This document shows, one piece after another, positions 46,522-54,944 of a DNA stretch of 64,000 nt (positions within the stretch are counted from its first letter, which is position 1; every line of letters starts with the position of its first letter). The position numbers were made by a program, and so were the translations under genes. The stretch covers positions 11,443 through 75,442 of the forward strand of contig JARRLN010000002.1 in the NCBI GenBank assembly GCA_037386965.1, in the 5' to 3' direction. Below the pieces are notes generated by a model. That model searched no databases, was not told the origin of the DNA, and saw nothing but the letters and a program-made list of their open reading frames with translations. Source of the stretch: Nitrospirota bacterium (GTDB lineage: Bacteria; Nitrospirota; Thermodesulfovibrionia; Thermodesulfovibrionales; JdFR-86).

Positions 46522-48361
46522 TGCCTCCCCGCAGAAACTCCAGCGGAATGTTCACCCGTATGCGCGTGCCCCGCCCTCCCTCGAGGTACCGGGAGCGCAG
46601 GCACATCCTGCCTCCCAGAAGCAGCACCCGCTCCTTCATGCCCAGAAGGCCGTAGCCCTCCGAACCGCCGGACCTGTAGACGAGCTCCTCGTCAAAGCCC
46701 ACCCCGTCGTCCTCGACGTTGATGACCAGGTCGGCGTCCTCCCTGAAAAGGTCGACCTCCACCCGGGTGGCCCCGGCGTGCCTGTCTATGTTGATGATGG
46801 CCTCCTGCACGATGCGGAAGACCATGAGCTGGCTCCTCTCGTCCATGTCGAAGGCCCCGCTTTCGGCAAAGTCGCCGGAGGAGCGCAAGGTATAGGGAAT
46901 GCCCTTTGTCCCGAGGCTCCTGTCCAGCATCCAGCGGATGGCGGACTCAAGCCCCAGGTCGTCCAGCACCGGCGGCCTCAGGTCCTTTATCACGCGCTTG
47001 ATGCCGTCCAGGAGCTGCTCCACCCGGGTAATCTGGTGGCGGAGCATATCCGGGGTGAGCTTGCCTTCCTCCAGGGACAGCAGGGCCATCTCCAGAGACA
47101 TCCCCAGGGCGGTGACCGTCTGGCTGGTCTCGTCGTGCAGCTCCCGGGCGATGCGCTTCCTCTCCTCCTCCTGTGTCACCATGGACTGCCTGAGGAGGCT
47201 GGCGAGCTGCTTCCTCCTCTTCATGAGCTCCCGGGTGCGCTCCTCCACGCGCCTTTCCAGCTCGTCGCTGTGTTGCCGGAGCCTGTCCAGGGAGTCCTTC
47301 AGCCGGAGCCGCATGCGCTCCACGCTGCCGGCCAGGGCGCCTATCTCGTCATCGCTTCTCACCTCAACCGGCTCATCCAGGTTGCCCCGTCCTATCCTGC
47401 GGGCCGCCCCGGTCAGCGCCTGGACCGGCCGCACGATGCTCCGGCTCAGGCCCACCGCCAGGAGCACGCCCGTAAACAGATAGACCACGCTCAGGATTCC
47501 CAGTATCCTGTGAAGCCTGCTCAGGTTGGCGTAGACCACCGACTGGGGCTCCCTGACCGATATGCCCCAGGGGGCCAGCCCCAGCGAGGCGAAGGCAAGG
47601 ACGTCCTCGGTGCGCCCCTCGCTTTGGCCCTGGGCTCCCTCGTGGCAGCGGTGGCAGCGGGTCACCGTGGAGGCGCCTTTCTCGATGAGGTTTCTCAGGT
47701 AGAGGTTATGGTCCACGCCGGTCAGTATGCGCGTGGGGTCGTTGCTCGAGATGATCATGCCGTGGCTGTCTATGAGCTCGATGCAGGTGCCCTCGGTGGA
47801 GGGCGTGGAGCCGATGATACGGGTAAACATGTAGCTTGCGGGGTTTATCTCCCCGCCGGCCAGCCCGATGAGACTGCCGGAGTGGTCCTTGAGGGGGACC
47901 AGGCCGAAAATGACCTTCTTGCCCGTGGTCTGGAGGGTGTAGACGTCGGATATGAGCGGCCTCTGCTCCGCCATGGCCCTGTTGACGTACGGGATGCTCA
48001 GAAGGTTGGTGCCGGAAGCGAACCTGTGGGGGTAGGACAGGACGATGTTTCCCTGCAGGTCCAGGAGGAACACGCCGTCGGTGAAGATGGAGTACTCGTA
48101 GGCGCGCCTGAGGGCCCTTCTCTCGGGCGCCCAGTCGCCGTCGTCCAGGTCGACGCTCCCGCTCAGGGAAATGTCCTGAAGCCTCGTGAGGTTGCGCTCC
48201 AGGACGTACTCCACGTCCTTGCCCAGGATGGTGGTCAGCATGAGGCGGCTTTGCATGAAGGAGTGGATGATATTGTTCGCTATGAGGTGGCTTATGACCC
48301 CGAGGCTCACCTGTATGACGGCCAAGCTGACAAGGATGAAAAAAAGTATCCTCTTCTGCAT
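46490..48361 (-). CDS. Sensor histidine kinase (Cache-like periplasmic domain containing CxxCH, HAMP, HisKA_3, HATPase)
   Basis: Two TM segments flank a roughly 250-aa periplasmic domain. CHRCH at codons 236-240. H-box ELHDETSQ. C-terminal GYGLLGMKERV. Confidence 0.85.
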   Translation of the reverse strand: MQKRILFFILVSLAVIQVSLGVISHLIANNIIHSFMQSRLMLTTILGKDVEYVLERNLTRLQDISLSGSVDLDDGDWAPERRALRRAYEYSIFTDGVFLLDLQGNIVLSYPHRFASGTNLLSIPYVNRAMAEQRPLISDVYTLQTTGKKVIFGLVPLKDHSGSLIGLAGGEINPASYMFTRIIGSTPSTEGTCIELIDSHGMIISSNDPTRILTGVDHNLYLRNLIEKGASTVTRCHRCHEGAQGQSEGRTEDVLAFASLGLAPWGISVREPQSVVYANLSRLHRILGILSVVYLFTGVLLAVGLSRSIVRPVQALTGAARRIGRGNLDEPVEVRSDDEIGALAGSVERMRLRLKDSLDRLRQHSDELERRVEERTRELMKRRKQLASLLRQSMVTQEEERKRIARELHDETSQTVTALGMSLEMALLSLEEGKLTPDMLRHQITRVEQLLDGIKRVIKDLRPPVLDDLGLESAIRWMLDRSLGTKGIPYTLRSSGDFAESGAFDMDERSQLMVFRIVQEAIINIDRHAGATRVEVDLFREDADLVINVEDDGVGFDEELVYRSGGSEGYGLLGMKERVLLLGGRMCLRSRYLEGGRGTRIRVNIPLEFLRGGNGQTDPDSHR

Positions 48362-48415
48362 CCCATGGCCGCCGGCCCTGATCGGCCGCCGGCCTGCACC
48401 TCCTGGATACTTTTA

Positions 48416-48437
48416 TTATAAACCTATGTGTTTATAA
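48416..48437. promoter_or_regulatory. Operator-like palindrome TTATAAAC-N6-GTTTATAA overlapping a perfect minus-strand TATAAT (48420..48415)
   Basis: 8-bp perfect inverted repeat in the only AT-rich stretch between the cytochrome b gene and the histidine kinase gene. Confidence 0.35.
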
Positions 48438-48463
48438 AATCTATAAATTCCCGCTTGAGAGGA

Positions 48464-49180
48464 TTATACGAACCCCTCCCCTTCCCCGGCCGGGACGTCC
48501 TCCTCCCGCCCTTGAAGGGCGTCGAGCTCCAGGGGATGCTCCCGCCGCATGCGCTCCCTTGAAATGTAGCCCGTAAAGATGCTCTTGTCCAGGGGGAAGA
48601 CGTCGGGGCTGAAAATGGAGTTGTATCCGTGCCAGACCGCAACGAGGATGAAAATGAGCATGGCCGCGTTGCTGTGCAGGGCCTTGGCCACGGGTATGCC
48701 CTCTCCGGGCAGATAGTGGGTTGCCTGGATGGGGAACCAGAGCACAAATCCCGTCGCTATCATGACCACCGCCATGGTGACGATACCCCAGTACTCCAGC
48801 TTCTGCTGGTAGGTGTAGCGCCCGCAGCGGGCGGGCCTGTCCTCGGCGCCCACATAATATTTTATGTTCTGCACCGCGTCGCGGAAGTCCTTCCTGCTGA
48901 TGAGCATGGTGGGCTCCCACCTGAAGAGCGAAAGCCCCAGGGCTGCCGCCAGCACATGCACCGCCATCAGGGCGGCGTAGGAGGCCCCCACGTACCTGTG
49001 GATGAGCCTCACGTAATCTATGCCTCCCAGGGATTCGACGACCCACCGCGAGGCCTCCACGTAGTAAAACCTCTGCGCAAGCCCTGTCACCACGAGCACG
49101 ATGATGGCCACCATGTGCACCCAGTGCTCGCCCACCCGGTAGGGGCTGAACCTCCGCACCTTGTCTCCCCTGGTCTGCAT
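48464..49180 (-). CDS. Membrane dihaem cytochrome b, FdnI/HydC (PF01292-like) family
   Basis: MQTRGDKVRRFSPYRVGEHWVHMVAI..., four TM with conserved His (HWVH, LIHRY, ALHSN, VWHGY). ATG 49180 has RBS AAGGAGG. Confidence 0.75.
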   Translation of the reverse strand: MQTRGDKVRRFSPYRVGEHWVHMVAIIVLVVTGLAQRFYYVEASRWVVESLGGIDYVRLIHRYVGASYAALMAVHVLAAALGLSLFRWEPTMLISRKDFRDAVQNIKYYVGAEDRPARCGRYTYQQKLEYWGIVTMAVVMIATGFVLWFPIQATHYLPGEGIPVAKALHSNAAMLIFILVAVWHGYNSIFSPDVFPLDKSIFTGYISRERMRREHPLELDALQGREEDVPAGEGEGFV

Positions 49181-49190
49181 GGGCACCTCC

Positions 49191-50609
49191 TTATCGGTTC
49201 GAGACCACCCGCCACAGGTGAAGCAGTATCTGCAAGACAAGGCCGACCACCAGGACGGGAAGGAATATCTTGAAGGCCAGGTTCACGAGATAGACCCCGG
49301 GCGCATGGGAGAGGCTCGGCACGTAATGCGAGAGCCAGGCATCGGGGAAATCGCTGGTCGCTCCGGAGTGGCACTGCCGGCAGCTTTTCACCAGCCGCTC
49401 CTTCAGGACATTGGCGTCCGGCCCCGTGGTGCTGGTTATGTCGTGGTAGCCATGGCAGTCGGTGCAGACGGCCACCGGCCGCGAGGGCCCCTTCTGCTCC
49501 CTGTAAAAGGACAGCGTGACCCCGTGGAAGTCCGAGAGATAGGTCTTCAGGACCTCCGTGGAAAGGCCGTATTTCTTCACCACCGCGGGGTCGGCGTGGC
49601 AGTTGCTGCACATGTCGGGGACCTTCTCGTGCTCGGGCTTGTTGACGCTGTGTATCTGGTGGCAGTCCATGCAGACCGGCACGTCGGTGTTCTGCTCGTT
49701 GAAAAGCGCCGCGCCGTGCACGCTCCGGGCATAGGTCTTAAAGGTCTTCGGGTGGCAGCCCCGGCATTTCCAGGCGCTGGACACCCTGTCCCGTGCCGCA
49801 TGCCGCACCGCGTGGGAGCCGTGGCAGTCCACGCACACCGGGGACCCCAGCTTCCCTTCGCAGAGAGTGACGTAATGTATGCTCTTCAGGGTCTTCGCGT
49901 ATTTGTCGAAGTGGCACCTCCGGCAGGTCTCGGAGTTCGCTATGGTGAAATCCCTCCCGGAGGTGAAGCTTCGCTCCGGGTGGCTTTCGGCCGAGAAGCC
50001 GAAATGGCAGTCCGAGCACGAGAGGTTGCCGTGCACGGAGCCGTGGATGTCCTCAAGGCTCACCTCGAGGGAGACCGTCTGGGCGCCCACGGCCAGGGAC
50101 ATGTCCTTGTCGTGGCAGCCCATGCAGTACTGCTCCTCGCTTTCGAATTTCCTCCCCTGGGCCACCACCGTGATGCCATGGGCCCCGTGGCAGTCGGAGC
50201 AGAGGACCGGCTCGCCCGCCTCCTTTTCCCGGGCGATGAGGAGAGCGTGGGCGGGACTCTTCCGCAGCTCTTCTGCGGGATGGCACCGCCGGCAGACGCG
50301 GAGCGTCCGCGTCCTGAAGAGCCGCTCGCTCCTGAAGCTCCTGCGAGGGTGCACGCCCGGCCCGAAACCCTCGTGGCAGCCGCTGCAGCCCAGCTCGCGG
50401 TGCACCGATTTCCGGAAATCCTCGGCGCTGACGTGGGCCTCGCGCCTCCCGCCGTCGCCGAAGGTCATGACTATGCCCCGTTTCCCGTGGCACTGGAGGC
50501 AGCCCGTGACTTCCCTGGAGAGGTCGGCTGCCCGGGCCTCCGGGGCGAGAAACCCCAGAAGGGCCCCCTCTAAGAAAAGAAAAAACCCTATCCATGCGAA
50601 TGGCCCCAT
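49191..50609 (-). CDS. Multihaem cytochrome c, 13 CxxCH motifs, signal peptide and C-terminal TM anchor
   Basis: CxxCH motifs, in order: CLQCH, CSGCH, CRRCH, CSDCH, CMGCH, CSDCH, CRRCH, CVDCH, CRGCH, CMDCH, CSNCH, CTDCH, CRQCH. ATG 50609 inside ORF 49191..51443. Confidence 0.85.
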   Translation of the reverse strand: MGPFAWIGFFLFLEGALLGFLAPEARAADLSREVTGCLQCHGKRGIVMTFGDGGRREAHVSAEDFRKSVHRELGCSGCHEGFGPGVHPRRSFRSERLFRTRTLRVCRRCHPAEELRKSPAHALLIAREKEAGEPVLCSDCHGAHGITVVAQGRKFESEEQYCMGCHDKDMSLAVGAQTVSLEVSLEDIHGSVHGNLSCSDCHFGFSAESHPERSFTSGRDFTIANSETCRRCHFDKYAKTLKSIHYVTLCEGKLGSPVCVDCHGSHAVRHAARDRVSSAWKCRGCHPKTFKTYARSVHGAALFNEQNTDVPVCMDCHQIHSVNKPEHEKVPDMCSNCHADPAVVKKYGLSTEVLKTYLSDFHGVTLSFYREQKGPSRPVAVCTDCHGYHDITSTTGPDANVLKERLVKSCRQCHSGATSDFPDAWLSHYVPSLSHAPGVYLVNLAFKIFLPVLVVGLVLQILLHLWRVVSNR

Positions 50610-50728
50610 GGTCACCTTCCCCGGAATAACCCCCGGGGCCTCGGCGAGGCCCCGGGGGGCTTTCTCGTGGAGCCAGCAGGCCTCCCCCGGAGAAGCTTCG
50701 CGTGTCCTATCCTCCGGAGGAGCGGCAT

Positions 50729-51973
50729 TCAGTGGGCCTCCTTGTACTCCGGCTCTTCCCGGACGACGGGCATCCGGTTGACTATCCAGCGGAATATCAG
50801 TATGTGCAGCGTCAGCAGCGCACCCACGATGGCGACCTCCGTCCAGGGGGGCACGATGTGCTCGATATGGTGGGGCAGGTTCCAGTTGAAGGCAACGATG
50901 GAGACATTCAGCCGGTTGACGAGGATGCCCATGACGGCCCAGAAGGCCCCGAACCGCACCGCCAGGGCGCTTGCGGCCTTTACGCCGTAGGTCAGCACCA
51001 GGGCCGGTGCGAGGACGAACCCCAGTATCTCCAGGAGATACCAGTAGCCGTACGGCGTCAAAAGCGCGCCCCAGAGGTCCGCATGGGCCACGGCCACCAG
51101 CTTCATGGCGAAGTAGACATACATGGCCGCGACGGCGCCCTTGCCGAGCCCCAGGGTCAGCCTGTCCAGGTTGCCCCGGTAGGTCTCGTCCGTCGCACCC
51201 CTCAGATACCTGGCCACCAGGGTGCTGACCGCGATGACCATCGCGAGGGCGGCGTAGACACTGGATATCAGGAACAGTTGCGGGATGTAGGAGCTGTACC
51301 ACAGCGGGTGCAGCTTGCCCGGCGCAAGCAGGAACATCGCCCCCAGAGCCGACTGGTGCAGCGTGGAGAGGATGATGCCCGCGATGGTCATGGCTATGGT
51401 AATCCTGACCGCCCAGAGGCGGACCCTCCTGGCCCTGAGCCACTCAAGGATGGTGGTGCTGAACTCAAGGAACTGCACGGTCAGGTAGGTGGCGACATGC
51501 CAGGCCACCAGGAAAAGGACCGAGGCGGTGCCGAACTGCACCACCATGGGATAGTAGATGCGCCACGGCCTTCCCAGGTCCACCAGGAGGTACAGGACGG
51601 CGAACAGGTATCCCATGAACCCCGTCAGCACCCCCAGCCGCACCAGAGGCTTGTAGGCCTTGAACCCGAAAATGTAATACATGGTGGCCATGACGAAGCC
51701 CGTGGCCGAGAGGGGCACCCCTCCGAAGAGGCCCCATCCCAGCAGCAGCCCCCACGGGTACTCGTACGATGCGTGGGTCACGCTCTCCAGGCCGAAGAGG
51801 AACCGCACGGCGATGACCGGGAGGCCCACGGCCAGGACAGCGCCGGCCACGACGTTGAACGGCGTCACCAGGGAGCGCATGTACTCCGGCCAGGACATCC
51901 CCATGAGGAGCTTGCCCATGAACCAGGAGCGAAAGTCAGTCTTCTTCAGGGCGTATTCGGCCTCACCGTTCAT
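50729..51973 (-). CDS. NrfD/PsrC/HmcC-family integral membrane quinone-interacting subunit
   Basis: 414 aa, about 10 TM. The start overlaps the FeS-subunit stop (ATGA). Confidence 0.8.
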   Translation of the reverse strand: MNGEAEYALKKTDFRSWFMGKLLMGMSWPEYMRSLVTPFNVVAGAVLAVGLPVIAVRFLFGLESVTHASYEYPWGLLLGWGLFGGVPLSATGFVMATMYYIFGFKAYKPLVRLGVLTGFMGYLFAVLYLLVDLGRPWRIYYPMVVQFGTASVLFLVAWHVATYLTVQFLEFSTTILEWLRARRVRLWAVRITIAMTIAGIILSTLHQSALGAMFLLAPGKLHPLWYSSYIPQLFLISSVYAALAMVIAVSTLVARYLRGATDETYRGNLDRLTLGLGKGAVAAMYVYFAMKLVAVAHADLWGALLTPYGYWYLLEILGFVLAPALVLTYGVKAASALAVRFGAFWAVMGILVNRLNVSIVAFNWNLPHHIEHIVPPWTEVAIVGALLTLHILIFRWIVNRMPVVREEPEYKEAH

Positions 51974-52944
51974 TTTCTCACCTCCTCGCTGCCGGCCCCT
52001 TCCTTCTCCGTCTCGTGGTTCTCACGGTGGCGGACGGCGGCATACAGCATCCCGAAGAAGGCCGGCCATATCACGAAGACCGAGGGCACGGCCGCGAGGA
52101 ACCCCTTGGCGTAGGAAATGGGAGGTTGCATCGGGACGTCCTTCGGAAATCCGACCTGTTCGAAGGGAACGGGGGACAGGTACAGCCAGTTCAGGCCGCC
52201 GGCCTCTTTTTCTCCGTATATGTGGTCGACGTACGTATCCGGGCTCCGGAGAATTCTCTGCCGGGCCAGCTTCAGAAGGTCGTCGCGCCTGCCGAAGGTC
52301 ACCGCCCCCATGGGGCAGGCCGCCGCGCAGGCGGGCTTGAGCCCGTCCCTTATCCGGCCCAGGCACATTATGCACTTTTCCACCTTCGGCTCTAGGGCGC
52401 TCTCGTAATCATATGTGGGCACGTAGAAGGGGCAGGCGATCATGCAGTAGCGGCAGCCGAAGCAGAGGTCCTCGTTGTAGTGGACCGGACCCTCCGGGGT
52501 TTTGGTGTACGCATGAATGGGGCAGGCCGAGGCGCAGGCCGGCTCCATGCAGTGGTTGCACTGTATCTTTCTGTAAACAACCTTTCCCCCGGGCGTCTCG
52601 TAGCGGTTGACCACGGTATAGACCCCGGGGGTGGTCCTCCTCTCCTCGTCGAACACCGACGAGTCGGTGAAGGGCGTCTCGGGCTCCGGCAGGTCGTTGG
52701 CCTCGTTGCAGGCCTTCTCGCAGCTCCGGCAGCCCACGCAGAGGCTCAGGTCGGTGAGCATGCCGTAGCTTCCGGGGTAGCCGGTGAAGTTCTCCGAGCC
52801 CCCGGCCTTCTTCGGGTGTCCCAGAACGGCCGTTCCTCCGGCCAGGGCCATGGAGCCCAGGAAGGCCCGCCTGCTGAGGCCCCGGGAGCGGCCCTTTCCC
52901 TTGTCTTTCTTCATCCTTTTCTTTTCATCTGGTGTTTTTCCCAT
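51970..52944 (-). CDS. Tat-exported 4x[4Fe-4S] ferredoxin-like subunit (HybA/HmcB/PsrB-like) with C-terminal TM
   Basis: RSRGLSRRAFLGSMALAGG Tat signal. Clusters CVGCRSCEKAC, CNHCMEPACASACP, CFGCRYCMIACP and CIMC...CAAACP. Confidence 0.85.
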   Translation of the reverse strand: MGKTPDEKKRMKKDKGKGRSRGLSRRAFLGSMALAGGTAVLGHPKKAGGSENFTGYPGSYGMLTDLSLCVGCRSCEKACNEANDLPEPETPFTDSSVFDEERRTTPGVYTVVNRYETPGGKVVYRKIQCNHCMEPACASACPIHAYTKTPEGPVHYNEDLCFGCRYCMIACPFYVPTYDYESALEPKVEKCIMCLGRIRDGLKPACAAACPMGAVTFGRRDDLLKLARQRILRSPDTYVDHIYGEKEAGGLNWLYLSPVPFEQVGFPKDVPMQPPISYAKGFLAAVPSVFVIWPAFFGMLYAAVRHRENHETEKEGAGSEEVRK

Positions 52945-52963
52945 GAAACACCTCCGGCCTCCT

Positions 52964-53404
52964 CTACCGATGGGTACGGTTGTGGCACGTAAGGGCGCAG
53001 TTCTCGGGGGCTCCCAGCACGCCCATGTCCCGGTGACACGAGAAGCAAGCCCGGTGGTAGGCCACCTTCAGGGAAGGGACCTCCACCGACGCGCCCCCGG
53101 CCTTCCCGTGGCAGCTTCCACAGGGGAGGAAGGCCGCCTTGGCCGTCTGCCTGAACTGCTCCGGGGCAACGTCATGGCAGCCGTTGCAGGTGGATGCGGC
53201 CGTGGGGTGCGTGTGGTGGCACTTTGCGCACTCGCCGGCCAACATGACGTGCATGGGGTGGTCGAACCGCACCGCCTGATACCTGTCCACCAGGCTGTCC
53301 AGCACGATGGCCCCGGGGGGAGGTCCCCCCTGCCCGGCCCGGGCGAGCCAGGCGGGCAGGAGAACAACAGCCGCCAGAAACACTGTAGCCGTCATCTTCG
53401 CCAT
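52964..53404 (-). CDS. Small periplasmic multihaem cytochrome c (c3/c7-like; 4 CxxCH plus 1 CxxxCH)
   Basis: CAKCH, CNGCH, CGSCH, CFSCH and CALTCH. ATG 53404 with RBS AAGGAGG, inside ORF 52964..53449. Confidence 0.8.
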   Translation of the reverse strand: MAKMTATVFLAAVVLLPAWLARAGQGGPPPGAIVLDSLVDRYQAVRFDHPMHVMLAGECAKCHHTHPTAASTCNGCHDVAPEQFRQTAKAAFLPCGSCHGKAGGASVEVPSLKVAYHRACFSCHRDMGVLGAPENCALTCHNRTHR

Positions 53405-53414
53405 GGGACCCTCC

Positions 53415-53813
53415 TTAGCTCTCCCGTCCGCCCTTGCCCTCGCGGGCATTCTTCTTGCGGCCGGTGAAGTACGCCTCCACGGGGCTCCACCCGTAGGACG
53501 AGCCCGCGCCCAGGAGCCTGCCCAGGCCGTTGACGACCGCGATGGCGATGGCGGCGACGAAGGTCAGGGGCAGAAGGGTCACGTACAAAAGACCGATGAA
53601 GGGTGCGGACACCATCCGTCCGACGCTCCTCATGGTCTCCCGGTACCCGGTGGACCTGATGTACTGCGCATCCTCCCGGGTGGCCTGGGCCAGGCCCTGG
53701 AACGGACGCGGCTTGAGGAGTTCCCAGAGGAGAATAAACCCGGCTATTGCGCTGATGGCCAGGATATACTCCACCGCCTTGACGTGGGTGAGGAAATCAA
53801 ACAGGGTGTTCAT
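53415..53813 (-). CDS. Small 2-TM membrane protein, uncharacterised family (paralogue A)
   Basis: 132 aa with a GGAGG RBS. The C-terminal motif P-F-I-G-L-L-Y-V-x-L-L-P ... W-x3-EAY-F-T-GRKK is shared with 53904..54269. Confidence 0.6.
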   Translation of the reverse strand: MNTLFDFLTHVKAVEYILAISAIAGFILLWELLKPRPFQGLAQATREDAQYIRSTGYRETMRSVGRMVSAPFIGLLYVTLLPLTFVAAIAIAVVNGLGRLLGAGSSYGWSPVEAYFTGRKKNAREGKGGRES

Positions 53814-53903
53814 CGCTTCCTCCTTTCCCTTTGCTGGGGGACAGGACCTCCGGTAAGCACTCCCGCCTCGGCCGGAGCCCTGTCCCGGGTTTTTTCCCGC
53901 TGT

Positions 53904-54269
53904 TTATTCATCCTTCTTCGACTCCTTCTTCCTTTTCTTTTTCTTCCTGCCCGAAAGGTACGCCTCCGAGGTCCTCCAGTCGAAAGAGAAGCTCCTTCCC
54001 GCGAGGCCGGCCAAGCCCTTGACCGCATGCGCAGCGGCCAGGGATGCCACCGTTGCGATGGCCAGGAAGGGAAGGACAATCACGTACGCAAGCCCCACAA
54101 TCGGCCCCACCAGAAGCAGCAGGACCGTGGGGACCCTGTAGTACGTGGTATCCTCGCCGCCGGGAAGCATGCCGTCCTCACGCAGGTCCTGCCAGCGGCC
54201 GTTGGAGAAATCCCAGTACGTGCCTTTCTTCACCTTATGGCCTCCTTTGTACCGGAGCATCGTCATCAC
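53904..54269 (-). CDS. Small membrane protein, uncharacterised family (paralogue B) with a poly-Lys tail
   Basis: 121 aa; P-I-V-G-L-A-Y-V-I-V-L-P ... W-x3-EAY-L-S-GRKKKKRKKESKKDE. Confidence 0.55.
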   Translation of the reverse strand: MMTMLRYKGGHKVKKGTYWDFSNGRWQDLREDGMLPGGEDTTYYRVPTVLLLLVGPIVGLAYVIVLPFLAIATVASLAAAHAVKGLAGLAGRSFSFDWRTSEAYLSGRKKKKRKKESKKDE

Positions 54270-54402
54270 CTCCTTTCCCTGATTCCATTTTCACCAATGC
54301 GGAGGGGCGATGTATATCGGAAGAAGTTCGTACAACGGAGGGAAAAAAATCCGAGAGAACAAGGAAAAAATCAGTAAATTCGAGGCAATGGAAGGAAAGG
54401 GC

Positions 54403-54933
54403 TCAGTCCACCATGCTCGAGGCCATCCGGATGAGCTCGAAGGGGGGTCCGGCCATGACCAGCCGAAAGGTGTAGCCCCCCTCCTTCCAGGAAAGGCTGC
54501 TGCAGGTGCCGCCGGAGGCGCAATCGCCCACCCTGAGCGTGGCCCTCCGGCCCTTGAGGTCGTAGGGGACCTCCTCGCGCACCCTCTGGAGCCTGATGGC
54601 CTCGACATCCAGGGGATGCCCGCCCTCGGCCACCTGGGTGAGGAGCAGGCCTATCTTGCCGGTGTCCGCCTCGGCGAACTCCATGGCCACCGCCACGAAG
54701 GGCTCGCCCTGGGCCAGGATGCGGGCGGGCGGCCAGCGGAAGCTCTCCGGGAAGTAGGAAGGCACGTGAAGGTCCTCCAGGTGAAGCGAGGTGCGCACGG
54801 CCTCCAGGCTCTCGTACCGCCGCAGGCTCTCCTCGTGCAGGAGCACGGGCAGCCAGTTCATGAGCCTCAGGAGCGCAACGACCAGGGCGACCAGCACGAG
54901 GAAGGCGAAAAACCCTGTCACGGCCTTTTTCAT
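54403..54933 (-). CDS. Membrane-anchored hypothetical protein
   Basis: MKKAVTGFFAFLVLVALVVALL anchor; RBS GGAGGG before ATG 54933. Begins 11 nt after the M56 peptidase gene stop. Confidence 0.55.
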   Translation of the reverse strand: MKKAVTGFFAFLVLVALVVALLRLMNWLPVLLHEESLRRYESLEAVRTSLHLEDLHVPSYFPESFRWPPARILAQGEPFVAVAMEFAEADTGKIGLLLTQVAEGGHPLDVEAIRLQRVREEVPYDLKGRRATLRVGDCASGGTCSSLSWKEGGYTFRLVMAGPPFELIRMASSMVD

Positions 54934-54944
54934 CGACCCTCCGC

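Noticed and set aside
46169-48421. 750-aa plus-strand ORF
   Set aside because: It is antisense to the response regulator and histidine kinase genes, which have clear domain signatures. Shadow ORF.
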